NCBI GenBank assembly: GCA_021404785.1
Contig: QWHH01000001.1
Coordinates: 156,760-220,759 of the forward strand
Length of the DNA: 64,000 nt
Direction: 5' to 3'
DNA from: Lysobacterales bacterium PRO7
GTDB taxonomy: Bacteria; Pseudomonadota; Gammaproteobacteria; Xanthomonadales; Rhodanobacteraceae
Position 1 is the first letter of the stretch; the number at the start of each line of letters is the position of its first letter. The notes beneath the pieces were generated by a model that did not search any database, was not told the origin of the DNA, and was given only the letters and a program-made list of their open reading frames with translations. Below, piece after piece: positions 26,219 through 37,139 of the stretch. Position numbers and translations under genes: made by a program.

Positions 26219-28255
26219 ATGAGCACGAAGCCGCCCGACGAGCCGACTGACCGGGTGCATCCACGATTCTCGCGCACGCGCGAATCGCGCCAGCCACGTT
26301 TGCTTGCCCGTGTCCGGCTCGGGCCAAAGTCGGCGCTCGCCGCCTCCATCCGCTTGGCAGGGCGGGGTACAGCGAGCCGTGCAGGCCGCGGTGCCGGCGT
26401 GCGCTTTGCCGGCCGGCATGCGCAGCGCGTCGTCATCAAGGCGCGCATCGTGCCGATGCGTGGCAAGTCGCCGGCCGATGCCGTGCGCCGGCATCTGGCG
26501 TACCTGTCACGCGATGGCGCGGACCGGCAGGGCGGACCGGGCAGGGTATTTGGCACCGACGGGGAACTGGATCGCGAGCAGATCGACGCCTTCGCAGAGC
26601 GCGGTTTGGAATGCCGCCACCAGTTCCGCTTCATCGTCTCGCCCGAACGCGGTGGCGAACTCGACCTGGAACGCTTCACGCGCGACCTCATGCGCCGCAT
26701 GCAGCACGATGTCGGCTCGCGCCTGGACTACGTTGCCTGTGCGCATCACGACACCGACCAGCCGCACGTGCACATCCTCGTGAACGGACGCGACGTGCGT
26801 GGCGGCGACCTCGTGGTTAGCCGCGACTACATCGGCAACGGCTTGCGCCAGCGTGCGATGGAGCTCGCCACCAACGAACTCGGCTTTCGGACGGACCTCG
26901 ACGTATTTCAAAGCTTGGCCCGCGACATTCGGACCGACCGCTACACGGCGCTGGACCGGCGCTTGCAGATGCTGCACGAGCGCGATGGGTTTATCGACTT
27001 GCGCACCGTGCCGACGGCGCCACGTGCTGTCGTGCAACGCCGGCTGTATCTGGGCCGTCTGTCGCACTTGGAAAAGATAGGTCTCGCACAACAGGACCGG
27101 CGCGGGGTGTGGCGCCTGCATCCGCAGGCGATCGAGCGGTTGCGCGGTCATACCCAGCACCGCGCTGTCCAGCAGCAGGCCGAACGGCATCTTGAACCCG
27201 GCGATCGCGGTGCGCCGCTCACGGTCATCGACAAGGCAAAACTCGCGCTACCTGTAACGGGCCGCGTGCTCGGCCGTGGCCTCGCCAACGAGCTGACCGG
27301 CACCGACTACATCATCGTGTCGGGCATCGACGGCAAGACCTATTACGCGGCGCTGTCCACGCACTCCGAACGTCACTTGGAGGCTCCCGTGCGGCGCGGC
27401 GACATCGTGAGTCTGCACCGCGAAGTGTCGCGGCCGACCGGTCAGGCGGATCGCAACATCGTCGCGCTCGCCGCTCGATACGATGGCGTTTACGACTCGC
27501 AGCGCCACACAAATGAAATCCGCGATCGGCGCTTGCCCTATGACGCGACCCCGGAACGCTTTGTCGCCGCGCATGTGGCGCGTCTGGAGGCGCTCGCAAG
27601 CCGCGGCCTCGTCGCGCGCGAATTCGAAGGCCGTTACCGGGTTCCGCCGGACCTGATCGCGCGGTTGGATACGGATCCTGCGCCGGCTCGCGACGATGCG
27701 TTCGTGAAAGTGCAGCGCATCACCGACGAGTCCTTGAGACGCCAGTCGAGCGCGCGGGCTTACACCTGGCTGGACGAGCAACTGGTCGCCGGCACGGCGC
27801 AATCGCTGCGGCAGGCCGGCGCGCGCAACAGCTTCCAGAACGAGCTTCTCGAAGCCCTCGACAAGCGCGTGCGCCAGCTTGTGCCGCTTGGGCTCGCTAC
27901 CTTTGAGGGCGAGGGCGTGAGGCTCGATCCGCAGTTGCGCGACACGCTCGGCGAACTCGAACGCCGAACGCTCGTTGCGCGGCTCAGCAAGCAGTACGGC
28001 ACCTTCGTGGAACTGGAGCAGACTGGTGACTTCGCGGGCCGCGTTGCCGCCATCGAATCGCTGCACGGAAAGCCGCATGCCGCTGTCGCGAGCGCCGCTC
28101 ACTTTACCCTCGTACCTGCCGAACGCGGCCTGCAAAAGCTCATCGGCCAGGACGTCGCGCTGAACCTGTCGCGCAACCGCGACCTGGACCATGCGCCACA
28201 GGTGCGGTTTCGGGCGCTCGATGCGCCGGATTTGTCTTTCGGACTTTCACGATGA
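26219..28255 (+). CDS. VirD2-like MOBP relaxase with DUF3363-type C-terminal region
   Basis: RVVIKARIV, HLAYLSRDG, HQFRFIVSPE, HHDTDQPHVHILVNG (HUH). Confidence 0.95.
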   Translation: MSTKPPDEPTDRVHPRFSRTRESRQPRLLARVRLGPKSALAASIRLAGRGTASRAGRGAGVRFAGRHAQRVVIKARIVPMRGKSPADAVRRHLAYLSRDGADRQGGPGRVFGTDGELDREQIDAFAERGLECRHQFRFIVSPERGGELDLERFTRDLMRRMQHDVGSRLDYVACAHHDTDQPHVHILVNGRDVRGGDLVVSRDYIGNGLRQRAMELATNELGFRTDLDVFQSLARDIRTDRYTALDRRLQMLHERDGFIDLRTVPTAPRAVVQRRLYLGRLSHLEKIGLAQQDRRGVWRLHPQAIERLRGHTQHRAVQQQAERHLEPGDRGAPLTVIDKAKLALPVTGRVLGRGLANELTGTDYIIVSGIDGKTYYAALSTHSERHLEAPVRRGDIVSLHREVSRPTGQADRNIVALAARYDGVYDSQRHTNEIRDRRLPYDATPERFVAAHVARLEALASRGLVAREFEGRYRVPPDLIARLDTDPAPARDDAFVKVQRITDESLRRQSSARAYTWLDEQLVAGTAQSLRQAGARNSFQNELLEALDKRVRQLVPLGLATFEGEGVRLDPQLRDTLGELERRTLVARLSKQYGTFVELEQTGDFAGRVAAIESLHGKPHAAVASAAHFTLVPAERGLQKLIGQDVALNLSRNRDLDHAPQVRFRALDAPDLSFGLSR

Positions 28256-30270
28256 CCACGAAATCCCGTCCGCGCACACCCGGCGGTTTGGTTCTCGCGC
28301 CGCTTGCCATCGTATCCATCGCCATTGTGATCGGTTGCTGGCTGGCTACCGAATACGTCGCCGAAGGCTTCGCCGACCAGCCGCAGCTTGGGGCGCCGCT
28401 GCTGTGGATCGGCGGACATGCGATCTATCCGCCGTTCGATTATTTCGTCTGGCTCAATCGCTGGAATGCGTATGCGCCACATCGCTTCGACATCGCGCTG
28501 TTCTGGCTGTACGGCGCCGTACTCGGCGGGATTCTCGCCGCCATCGTGTTCAACGTCTGGCGCGCGCGCGGCAGTCGCATTGCCACTACCTACGGTTCGG
28601 CGCGATGGGCCGACCAGGACGACATTGCACGCAGCGGGCTGATCGGCCGTGGTGGTGTCGTCCTTGGCCGCACGGCTGCCGACGAGTATGTGACTCACGA
28701 TGGCCCCGAGCATGTCGAGGTCACCGCTCCCAGCCGTTCCGGCAAGGGCGTGGGCATTGTCGTTCCGACCTTGTTGACCTGGCCGGGCTCCGTGATCGTC
28801 AACGACATCAAGGGCGAGAACTGGACGCTCACGGCCGGCCATCGCCGGCGCTTCGGTTACGTGCTCGCCTTCAATCCGTCGAGCCGGCAGACCTGCCGCT
28901 TCAATCCGCTGATGGAGATCCGCGCAGGGGATTTTGAAGTGCGCGATGCGCAAAACATCTGCGACATGATCGTGGACCCGGAAGGCAAGGGCAAACCCGA
29001 TCACTGGAGCCGCGAAGCCGATGCCTGGCTGCTCGCCGTTATCCTGCACGTACTCTATGCGGAACCGGACAAGACGCTCGGCGGCATTGCGCGATTCCTG
29101 AACGACCCAGATCGAACGATCCAGGATTGCCTGCTCGCCATGCTCTCGACACCGCATCGCGATGGCAGGCCGCATCCAGTCGTCGCCATCGGTGCGCGCG
29201 CCATGTTGAACAAGAGCGCGAACGAGCGCAGCGGCGTGCATTCCACCGCGCGCTCATTCTTCAGCCTGTACCTTGATCCCGTCGTCGCATCCGCCGTTAG
29301 CGAGAGCGACTTTCGCATCGCGGACCTGATGCAAGCCGAGCACCCCGTAAGCTTGTATCTGATCTCGCCGCCCAGCGACAAGGCGCGGCTGCGGCCATTG
29401 TTTCGGTTGCTGCTGAACCAGTTCTGCCGGCGCCTGACCGAAGAACTGCATCCGCCGGCCAACCGGCATCGCCTGCTGCTGTTGCTGGACGAGTTTCCCT
29501 CACTCGGCAGGCTCGACTTCTTCGAAGACGCGCTGGGGTTCGTCGCCGGCTACGGCTTGAAGTGCCTCATGATCAATCAGAGCACGAACCAGATCGTCAA
29601 ATACTACGGTCAAAACAACACCGTCATGGACGGCGCGCATGTGCACGTCTACTTCGCGCCGAACACGGAGGAGACGGCGCGAAAAATATCCGACCTGCTC
29701 GGCACGAAGACGCAAGTACACACGCAGGAGAATTTCGCCGGGCACCGGCTTGCGCCCTGGCTCGGGCACGTCATGGTCTCGCGCCAGCAGACGGCACGTG
29801 CCTTGCTGACGCCGGGGGAGGTGCGCGAGCTGCCGCCCTCGGACGAGATCGTGATCGTCGCGGGCTTGCCACCGATCCGCGCGAAGAAGCTGCGCTTCCA
29901 TGCCGATAGGCGTTTCAAGAATGCGGTGCCGCCGACGGATGCGCAAGGCCGGCTGACCGATCCGGCGCATCCGCGCAATCCGCCGACCAATTTGGCGGCG
30001 CGACCGTATCCCTATGGCCCGCCCGTGCCGAAAGTGATGTGGAGCGTTTCGCATGCGAAATCGGTCGTGCCCGCTCCGGATGAAGCGCTGGACGAGCTCG
30101 ATCGGGAACACGGTGCCGATAGCGATCTGCCGGAGCCGGATTTGGCAAACACACAAACGCAGGAGCCGGAATCCGGCACTGACGATACCGATGCCGCTCG
30201 ACGCGCGTATGGCCTCGAACAAGACAAGCGCAGATCGCACACCGATCCGGACCCGGGGTGGAATCTATGA
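28252..30270 (+). CDS. traG: Type IV coupling protein TraG/VirD4
   Basis: TYGSARWA, APSRSGKGVGIVVPTLL, LLLDEFPSLGRL. Confidence 0.96.
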   Translation: MTTKSRPRTPGGLVLAPLAIVSIAIVIGCWLATEYVAEGFADQPQLGAPLLWIGGHAIYPPFDYFVWLNRWNAYAPHRFDIALFWLYGAVLGGILAAIVFNVWRARGSRIATTYGSARWADQDDIARSGLIGRGGVVLGRTAADEYVTHDGPEHVEVTAPSRSGKGVGIVVPTLLTWPGSVIVNDIKGENWTLTAGHRRRFGYVLAFNPSSRQTCRFNPLMEIRAGDFEVRDAQNICDMIVDPEGKGKPDHWSREADAWLLAVILHVLYAEPDKTLGGIARFLNDPDRTIQDCLLAMLSTPHRDGRPHPVVAIGARAMLNKSANERSGVHSTARSFFSLYLDPVVASAVSESDFRIADLMQAEHPVSLYLISPPSDKARLRPLFRLLLNQFCRRLTEELHPPANRHRLLLLLDEFPSLGRLDFFEDALGFVAGYGLKCLMINQSTNQIVKYYGQNNTVMDGAHVHVYFAPNTEETARKISDLLGTKTQVHTQENFAGHRLAPWLGHVMVSRQQTARALLTPGEVRELPPSDEIVIVAGLPPIRAKKLRFHADRRFKNAVPPTDAQGRLTDPAHPRNPPTNLAARPYPYGPPVPKVMWSVSHAKSVVPAPDEALDELDREHGADSDLPEPDLANTQTQEPESGTDDTDAARRAYGLEQDKRRSHTDPDPGWNL

Positions 30271-30710
30271 GCGGCAACTTGCCGGCCGAGCATGTGCACA
30301 TGCGCCTGACGGCATCGCTCAAACGTGCCGCGGCACGCGAGGCGGCGGAGCGGCATATCACGTTTCGCGGTGTCGTCGAAGCGGCGTTGCGGGATCGCTA
30401 CGATCCGGAGCGGGCTTACACCGACCGGCAGCTCGTGATCCGGGAACTCAAAACACTGCGCCGAGAAATCGCCAATGTGTCCACAGGCAATACCGTGCTG
30501 TTCGAGGCGTTGGTGTTGCTGGTGAAAAACCTATTTTCCTCGCTCACCCCGCCGACCGCGGAGGGGCGGCTGGCGGGCGTTGCGTTCTATGCGCGGTTCA
30601 TCGAGGCCGTCACGGGTGCCATCGAACGCAATGAAACGGTGATGGCGCAGGTGCTGGCGCTGTCCGTCGTCAATTACGACAACCCATCAGAAGGATCGAA
30701 CGAACCATGA
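30267..30710 (+). CDS. CopG-like ribbon-helix-helix protein
   Basis: HVHMRLTASLKRAAAREAAERHITFRGVVEAAL; usual position between traG and trbB. Confidence 0.7.
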   Translation: MSGNLPAEHVHMRLTASLKRAAAREAAERHITFRGVVEAALRDRYDPERAYTDRQLVIRELKTLRREIANVSTGNTVLFEALVLLVKNLFSSLTPPTAEGRLAGVAFYARFIEAVTGAIERNETVMAQVLALSVVNYDNPSEGSNEP

Positions 30711-31714
30711 CCGACACGACGCAAGATCGCCTGATCGAGATGATGACCACCGCGATGGGTGTCGCCGTGGGCGACCTGCTGCACGATCCGGCGGTCGAGG
30801 AACTGCGCGCCAATCCGGACGGCAAGCTATGGTTTGTGCGCGAGGGCGCGCGGCATAACACCGGAAAAACTTTGAGCGACGTTGCGCGCCGCCAACTTAT
30901 CCATATCGTCGCCCACGCCGTGGGTGTCACGGTCGATGAGGACAACCCGAGTTTTCCTGCGGAACTGCCCGAATCCGGTTATCGCTTCCACGCCATCGTG
31001 CCGCCGCAAAGCCCGGACGGCCCAACCTTTGTTATCCGCAAGAAACCAATCAAGGTGTACTCGCTCGACGATTATGTGGCGGCCGGGATCATGACGGCCG
31101 AGCAAGCGGCGTTCATTCGACAGGCGATCGCGGATCGCCAGAACATCCTTGTCGGCGGCGGCACCGGATCGGGCAAGACCACGCTGACCAATGCGATCCT
31201 GAAAGAAATCGGCCTCATCGCCGGACGCGTGTTGACCGTGGAGGATACGCTGGAGCTACAAGTCGAAGCCGATGAGGTGGTGCGCCAGCGCACGGTGCGC
31301 AACGGCGATGCCGTGCGCCGCACGATGCAGGATGTGGTGCGCGACATGCTGCGCTTATCCCCGGATCGCATCATCGTCGGCGAAGTGCGCGGACCCGAAG
31401 CGATGGATCTAATCCAGGGTTGGAACACGGGGCATCCGGGCGGCGTCGCCACAATCCATTGCAACTCCGCACCCGATGCTCTGGAGCGGCTGGAGGACTT
31501 GTTGATCCAGGGTGGTTACACACCCGTGCCGCGGCAGATTGCCAAGGCGATCAATATCATCGTGTTCATCGGGCCGGTCACTGTCGATACGCCACATGGG
31601 GTTCATGTGCTGCGTCGTGTGCGCGACATCGTGCGTGTGACCGGCATTAATACCTCGCAGGCCGGCGCTGAGTACGCTTTCGAGCGGCCGTTTTCTGGAG
31701 TATCGAAATCATAA
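30707..31714 (+). CDS. trbB: P-type conjugative ATPase TrbB (VirB11)
   Basis: GGTGSGKTT, LRLSPDRIIVGEVRG, WNTGHPGGVATIH. Confidence 0.96.
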   Translation: MTDTTQDRLIEMMTTAMGVAVGDLLHDPAVEELRANPDGKLWFVREGARHNTGKTLSDVARRQLIHIVAHAVGVTVDEDNPSFPAELPESGYRFHAIVPPQSPDGPTFVIRKKPIKVYSLDDYVAAGIMTAEQAAFIRQAIADRQNILVGGGTGSGKTTLTNAILKEIGLIAGRVLTVEDTLELQVEADEVVRQRTVRNGDAVRRTMQDVVRDMLRLSPDRIIVGEVRGPEAMDLIQGWNTGHPGGVATIHCNSAPDALERLEDLLIQGGYTPVPRQIAKAINIIVFIGPVTVDTPHGVHVLRRVRDIVRVTGINTSQAGAEYAFERPFSGVSKS

Positions 31715-31932
31715 GATGGCAACAGCCACAACGCAGTCGTTCATGGGGATCCTCTGCCCGCGTAGAAGGCTAGGTCTCCACCAAACCCATGTCATTTTAC
31801 TTTGCAACATCGTCGATTTCAGGGTGTAATCGGACTTGACGCCGAGCAATCACGCAGCGAATTCGCGGACTTTTTTGGAGTATGAAAGCAACGCCTCGAC
31901 GCGCAGGTCTACTGGGCGTAGAGTAACCTGGC

Positions 31933-32253
31933 ATGAAACGCATCGCACTCCAGTTGCTGCTTTCCCTCGCCCTGATTCTTCAGGGCGTGAGTGCGTTCGG
32001 CCTGACGCCTGCGCAGCACGCGTGTTGCTGTCACGGCGGCCACGTTACGCATGCGCACTGCCAGCATGGTCACGGCACGCCATGCAAATCGAATTGCGCG
32101 CAGCACTGCATCGGATGCGCAACAGCGGCCTTTGTCGCCATGCCGACGTTAGTCACGATTGCACCGGCCGTATCCGTGGCCGCGCCATCCCTCGCGCGCG
32201 CATCGGCGCAAACGCGCGACGATCTGCCGCCAACCCGACCTCCGATCATTTGA
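31933..32253 (+). CDS. copL: CopL-like His/Cys-rich metal-binding regulatory protein
   Basis: HACCCHGGH...CAQHCIGC...DDLPPTRPPI; directly upstream of copA as in xanthomonad copLAB. Confidence 0.75.
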   Translation: MKRIALQLLLSLALILQGVSAFGLTPAQHACCCHGGHVTHAHCQHGHGTPCKSNCAQHCIGCATAAFVAMPTLVTIAPAVSVAAPSLARASAQTRDDLPPTRPPII

Positions 32254-32312
32254 CTCCCTTCGCGTTGTAACACCGCGCGGTCGCGCGGTGCGCGTGTTTG
32301 CGGGAGATCATC

Positions 32313-34103
32313 ATGTCATCGAATGTATTTTCAGGGTTCGCGTGTGGAATCGATAACCCCGCGCGCAGGCGATTTGTACAAGGTGTGACGCTTGGTGGAG
32401 TCGCCATGCTCGGCGGTTTCGTCAAGCCGGCGTGGGCGCTGACGGAAAGCGCATCGTCGAGCGTGCTGTCCGGAACCGACTTCGCGCTGGAGATCGGCGA
32501 GACGCCGGTCAACTTCACCGGCGCTGCGCGCACGGCGACCACGGTCAACGGCTTGCTGCCCGGGCCGACGTTACGCTGGCGTGAAGGCACCACAGTCACG
32601 CTGCGTGTGACCAACCGTCTGCGCGTGCCGACCTCGATCCACTGGCACGGCATCATCCTGCCGGCGAACATGGACGGCGTGCCGGGCTTGAGTTTTCCCG
32701 GCATCGCGCCGGGTGAAACCTTCACCTACCGTTTTCCGGTGAGGCAGAGCGGCACCTACTGGTACCACAGCCATTCCGGATTTCAGGAACAAACCGGCCT
32801 GTACGGCGCGCTGGTGATCGATCCGGCGACACCCGATCCGATCCGCGCCGAACGCGAGTATGTGGTCATGCTCAACGATTGGACGGACGAGGACCCGTCC
32901 GCGGTCTTCGCGCACCTGAAAAAGTTGAGCGATTACTACAACCGCGGCGAGCCGACCGCCCGCGATTTTCTAGCCGACGTTTCACGCGTGGGACTCAAGC
33001 AGGCGTTGGCGTCGCGCAAGATGTGGAACGAAATGCGCATGAGCCCGCGCGATCTGGTCGATGTTACCGGTGCGACCTACACGTACCTGATGAATGGACA
33101 TGCGCCGGCAGGAAATTGGACAGGCTTATTCAAACCCGGCGAGCGCGTGCGCCTGCGTTTCATCAATAGTTCGTCCAACAGTTTTTTCGACGTACGCATT
33201 CCAGGATTGAAACTGCGCGTCGTCGCCGCCGACGGGCAGAACGTGGAGCCGGTTGAGGTGGACGAATTCCGCATTGCCGTAGCGGAAACCTACGATGTGA
33301 TCGTTGCGCCGCAAGAAGATCGCGCTTACGCGATCTTCGCGCAGTCGATGAGCCGCGACGGTTACGCGCGCGGCACACTGGCAACGCGCACGGGGACACA
33401 AGTGCAAGTGCCCGCACTCGATCCGCTGCCGACCTTGTCGATGCTCGACATGATGGGCGCGATGGCGCAAGGCGGTGCGCATTCCATGCACGGTATGGAT
33501 CATGGCTCGATGTCTGGCATGGATCACGGCTCGATGTCCGGCATGGACATGGCCGGCATGGCGATGGCTGTGATGCCGAAGGTGCGCCACGCGCGCAGTG
33601 AATACGACAACCCGAACGTCGACATGCATGTGGACACGCCACGTATCAATCTGGACGACCCCGGCATCGGACTGCGTGACAACGGCCGCCGCGTGCTGAC
33701 TTACGCCGATCTGCACACGCTCGGTGGCTCGTTGTATCCGCAAACTCCGGTGACGCGCGAAATCGAACTGCACCTGACCGGCAATATGCACCGCTTTGTC
33801 TGGGGATTCGACGGCCTGAAGTTCTCGCAAGCCAAGCCGCTGCATTTCCGCCATGGCGAACATGTGCGGCTGGTCCTGGTCAACGACACCATGATGACGC
33901 ATCCGATCCATCTGCACGGCATGTGGAGCGAACTTGAATCGCCGGATCAGGAATTTCAGGTGCGCAAGCACACCATCAGCGTGCAGCCGGCGCAGCGCGT
34001 GACCTACCGCGTGATGGCCGATGCGCTCGGGCGCTGGGCCTACCATTGCCATCTGCTGTACCACATGGAAGCGGGCATGTTCCGCGAGGTGGTGGTGTCA
34101 TGA
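32313..34103 (+). CDS. copA: Multicopper oxidase CopA
   Basis: Tat RR signal; HWHG, WYHSH, HPIHLHG, HCHLLYHMEAGM; Met-rich insert. Confidence 0.97.
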   Translation: MSSNVFSGFACGIDNPARRRFVQGVTLGGVAMLGGFVKPAWALTESASSSVLSGTDFALEIGETPVNFTGAARTATTVNGLLPGPTLRWREGTTVTLRVTNRLRVPTSIHWHGIILPANMDGVPGLSFPGIAPGETFTYRFPVRQSGTYWYHSHSGFQEQTGLYGALVIDPATPDPIRAEREYVVMLNDWTDEDPSAVFAHLKKLSDYYNRGEPTARDFLADVSRVGLKQALASRKMWNEMRMSPRDLVDVTGATYTYLMNGHAPAGNWTGLFKPGERVRLRFINSSSNSFFDVRIPGLKLRVVAADGQNVEPVEVDEFRIAVAETYDVIVAPQEDRAYAIFAQSMSRDGYARGTLATRTGTQVQVPALDPLPTLSMLDMMGAMAQGGAHSMHGMDHGSMSGMDHGSMSGMDMAGMAMAVMPKVRHARSEYDNPNVDMHVDTPRINLDDPGIGLRDNGRRVLTYADLHTLGGSLYPQTPVTREIELHLTGNMHRFVWGFDGLKFSQAKPLHFRHGEHVRLVLVNDTMMTHPIHLHGMWSELESPDQEFQVRKHTISVQPAQRVTYRVMADALGRWAYHCHLLYHMEAGMFREVVVS

Positions 34104-35284
34104 GGACAACGACATTTTTGCTTGCGGGATTGTGCGCAGCGTTCGTCGCAGCGCCAGCATTCGCACAGGATTCGATGCGGGGCATGGATATGTCGCAGAT
34201 GCACGATCAGGCAAAGAAACCCGCCAAACCGGCCACGAAGAAGAAGTCACACACGGCGCAGAAGACGCAAACGCAAGAGCCGAAACCGGACGCGCATTCG
34301 ATGCCGGACATGGATATGTCTTCGATGCCGGGCATGGCGATGCCGCCGCCGCAACAGCAGGCACCGACCGGACCGCACACGCAACACACGGGCGCAATGC
34401 CCGGCATGGACATGTCACCCAAGCAACGCGAGCGGATGCAACCGCCGCCGAACCTGACCGGTGCGATACAACGCCTCGACGTTGGTTCACAGATTGGCGT
34501 CCGGCCCGTGGAACGCGGTTTGAATCTCGAAAGCATGCAAATGGACATGCAGGGCATGCAGATGCAGGGCGGCAAGGCACCCGCCGATGCGCGCAGTCCG
34601 GATTATTCCGATGGCGCCGGTCACGGGGACATGACCGGCATGGACATGCGCGACGACGCGCCGCTCGGCATGTTGTTGTTCGATCGTCTGGAGTATTTCG
34701 ACGGCCGCGATGTCAACGGTGCGGCACTGGAGGCGCAGGCCTGGTATGGCAACGACGCCAACAAGCTGTGGCTGAAAGCCGAAGGCGAGCGCAGCGACGG
34801 ACGCCTGCAGGAATTGCGCAGCGAAGCACTTTGGGCTCACCCGATCGGCATCTACTGGAATACGCAGCTCGGCATTCGGCACGACTTCGGCGTTGGTCCG
34901 GATCGAACCTGGGCCGCGTTCGGTGTGCAGGGCCTCGCGCCATACTGGTTCGATGTTGATGCCGCGCTGTATGTGGGCGAGTCGGGACGCACGGCGTTGC
35001 GCTTCGAGTCCGAATACGAATTGTTGCTGACCCAGCGTCTGATCCTGCAGCCGCGCGTCGAGATCAATTTCTATGGCCGCGACGATCCGCGGCGCGACAT
35101 CGGCTCGGGCTTGTCCGATGCCGAACTCGGACTGCGTCTGCGTTACGAATTCACCCGCCAGTTCGCGCCCTACGTCGGCGTGGAAGCCGCGCGCAAGTTC
35201 GGCAAGACCGCGGATTTCGCCCGCAGTGCCGGCGAATCCGCATTCGATCCGCGCTTGGTCGCTGGGTTTCGCATCTGGTTCTGA
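34100..35284 (+). CDS. copB: Copper resistance outer-membrane protein CopB
   Basis: Met-rich N-terminus, GVQGLAPYWFDVDA, LRLRYEFTRQFAPYVG, terminal WF. Confidence 0.95.
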   Translation: MRTTTFLLAGLCAAFVAAPAFAQDSMRGMDMSQMHDQAKKPAKPATKKKSHTAQKTQTQEPKPDAHSMPDMDMSSMPGMAMPPPQQQAPTGPHTQHTGAMPGMDMSPKQRERMQPPPNLTGAIQRLDVGSQIGVRPVERGLNLESMQMDMQGMQMQGGKAPADARSPDYSDGAGHGDMTGMDMRDDAPLGMLLFDRLEYFDGRDVNGAALEAQAWYGNDANKLWLKAEGERSDGRLQELRSEALWAHPIGIYWNTQLGIRHDFGVGPDRTWAAFGVQGLAPYWFDVDAALYVGESGRTALRFESEYELLLTQRLILQPRVEINFYGRDDPRRDIGSGLSDAELGLRLRYEFTRQFAPYVGVEAARKFGKTADFARSAGESAFDPRLVAGFRIWF

Positions 35285-35299
35285 CACGAGGAGAGCAAC

Positions 35300-35860
35300 A
35301 TGAAAAAGCGTACCGAATACCTTGCCGTCGTCGTCGTCGTTCTCATCGCTATCTGTGCGGGTTTGGGCATCTTCGCCTGGTCCGGTCTGTACAACATCGG
35401 CGCGGACGATCCGCACTGGAGTGTGACGTTTCGCATCATGCAGAGCGTGCGCGACCGCTCCATCCACGTGCGCTCGGAGAACATCAAGGTGCCGAATCTC
35501 GACGATCCGCAACTAATCCTCAAAGGCGCGGGTCAGTATGCGGCAATGTGCACCGGTTGCCATCTTGCGCCGGGCATGGCGACTTCCGAAATCCGCCCCG
35601 GTCTGTATCCGCAACCGCCCGTGCTTTGGCAGACGCGGGTCGATCCGCAGGACGCCTTCTGGGTGATCAAGCACGGCATCAAGATGAGTGCGATGCCGGC
35701 CTGGGGCGGGAGCCACGACGATGACACGATCTGGAGCATGGTCGCGTTCCTGCAAAAGCTTCCCGGCATGACACCCGAACAATACAAGGCGATCGTCGCC
35801 AAAGCACCGCCAGACGAGGACATGAAGATGGACATGGATCATGCGCATGCACACGAGTAG
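35300..35860 (+). CDS. c-type cytochrome
   Basis: CTGCH heme motif; FWVIKHGIKMSAMPAWG. Confidence 0.9.
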   Translation: MKKRTEYLAVVVVVLIAICAGLGIFAWSGLYNIGADDPHWSVTFRIMQSVRDRSIHVRSENIKVPNLDDPQLILKGAGQYAAMCTGCHLAPGMATSEIRPGLYPQPPVLWQTRVDPQDAFWVIKHGIKMSAMPAWGGSHDDDTIWSMVAFLQKLPGMTPEQYKAIVAKAPPDEDMKMDMDHAHAHE

Positions 35861-37139
35861 GCGACTCCTGCGTGCGAGCGGGTGCGCGCTGCTCGCGCTG
35901 TGCTGCGACGCGGCGTTCGCACAATCGTTGCACGAAGCCGATGCGATGCCGCCCCTGAGTCTTGCGGCTGCAGTCCAGCTTGCTGCCGCGCAAGCGCCGC
36001 AGGTGCAGGCGCAAATCTTGCGCGCGCAGGCGGCTCACGACGATGCGATCAGAGCCGGTCGTCTGCCCGATCCTAAACTCGTTGTCGGCATCGACAATCT
36101 CACTGCGACCGGGCCACTGGCCTTCGATGCCGCGGCCGATGACATGACCATGCGCACGCTCGGCGTGATGCAGGAGATTCCTGCACGCGCCAAACGCCGA
36201 GCCGAGAGCGCGGTTGCCAGCGCGGACGTGCGTGTGGCCGATGCCGACGCGGCCGGCATGCGTCTGACGGCTGAGCGTGCTGCGGCGCAGGCCTGGGTGG
36301 CGCTGTGGTCCGCGCAGCGCGAACACGATTTGCTCGCGGACCTGCGCACCCAATCCGGACTCGCGGCAGCGGCCGCCAAGGCGCGATTGTCCGGCGGCAC
36401 CGGCAGCGCCACGGATGCGCTGGCCGCACGCGCAGATGCGGTCGAACTCGACAACCGCATCGACGGCGCCGAAGCCGACATAGCGATGGCACGCGCTGCG
36501 CTCGCGCGCTGGGTCGGCGATCGCGCCGAGGGCGATCTCGCGCAAGCGCCGGATTTCGCGGCGTTGCCGGTGCCGCCCGCGCAGTTGCAGGGCGACGTCG
36601 ACCGGCAAGGGCCTTTGCTCGGCTGGAGCGCGCGCGAAGATCGCGCGCAGGCGCGGATCGACCTGGCCCGGGCCGGCAAGCGTCCGGACTGGAGCGTGAG
36701 CTTGAATTACGGCGAGCGCATCGGTCGCCCCGACATGATCAGCGTCATGGTTGGTTTCAGTCTGCCGTTGTTCCCTGGCAATCGTCAGGATCGCGACATC
36801 AGCGCGCGTTACGCGGAACGCGATGCCGTGCTGGCCGAGCACGAGGACGCACGCCGCGCCCAGCGCGAGGGGGTGGCCGCCGCTCTTGCCGCATGGCAGG
36901 GAGAGGACAAGCAGGTGCGGCGTTATCGCAACGAGTTGTTGCCACTGGCGCAAGACCGTTCGCGCACTGCGCTGGCGGCGTATCGCGGCGGCGCCTCGCT
37001 GCAACCCTGGCTGGACGCGCGCCGCGACGAGATCGACGCGCGCATCGCTTATGCGCAGGCGCTGGATGCCTGGGGCAAGGCCTGGGCTGCGCTGGCTTAT
37101 CTGATTCCCGATTCCGGTTCCGCGCAGGAGATGCCGTAA
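35841..37139 (+). CDS. TolC-family outer membrane efflux protein (CusC-like)
   Basis: Signal peptide, GRLPDPKL, helical repeats; precedes MFP and RND genes. Confidence 0.88.
   Translation: MRMHTSRRLLRASGCALLALCCDAAFAQSLHEADAMPPLSLAAAVQLAAAQAPQVQAQILRAQAAHDDAIRAGRLPDPKLVVGIDNLTATGPLAFDAAADDMTMRTLGVMQEIPARAKRRAESAVASADVRVADADAAGMRLTAERAAAQAWVALWSAQREHDLLADLRTQSGLAAAAAKARLSGGTGSATDALAARADAVELDNRIDGAEADIAMARAALARWVGDRAEGDLAQAPDFAALPVPPAQLQGDVDRQGPLLGWSAREDRAQARIDLARAGKRPDWSVSLNYGERIGRPDMISVMVGFSLPLFPGNRQDRDISARYAERDAVLAEHEDARRAQREGVAAALAAWQGEDKQVRRYRNELLPLAQDRSRTALAAYRGGASLQPWLDARRDEIDARIAYAQALDAWGKAWAALAYLIPDSGSAQEMP

Noticed and set aside
31715-31932. IS or transposon end at the left edge of the copper island
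   Set aside because: No transposase, terminal inverted repeat or target duplication matching the 45985-46183 side could be seen
33495-33542. 24-bp tandem repeat in copA
   Set aside because: Encodes MDHGSMSG x2, the ordinary Met-rich region of CopA
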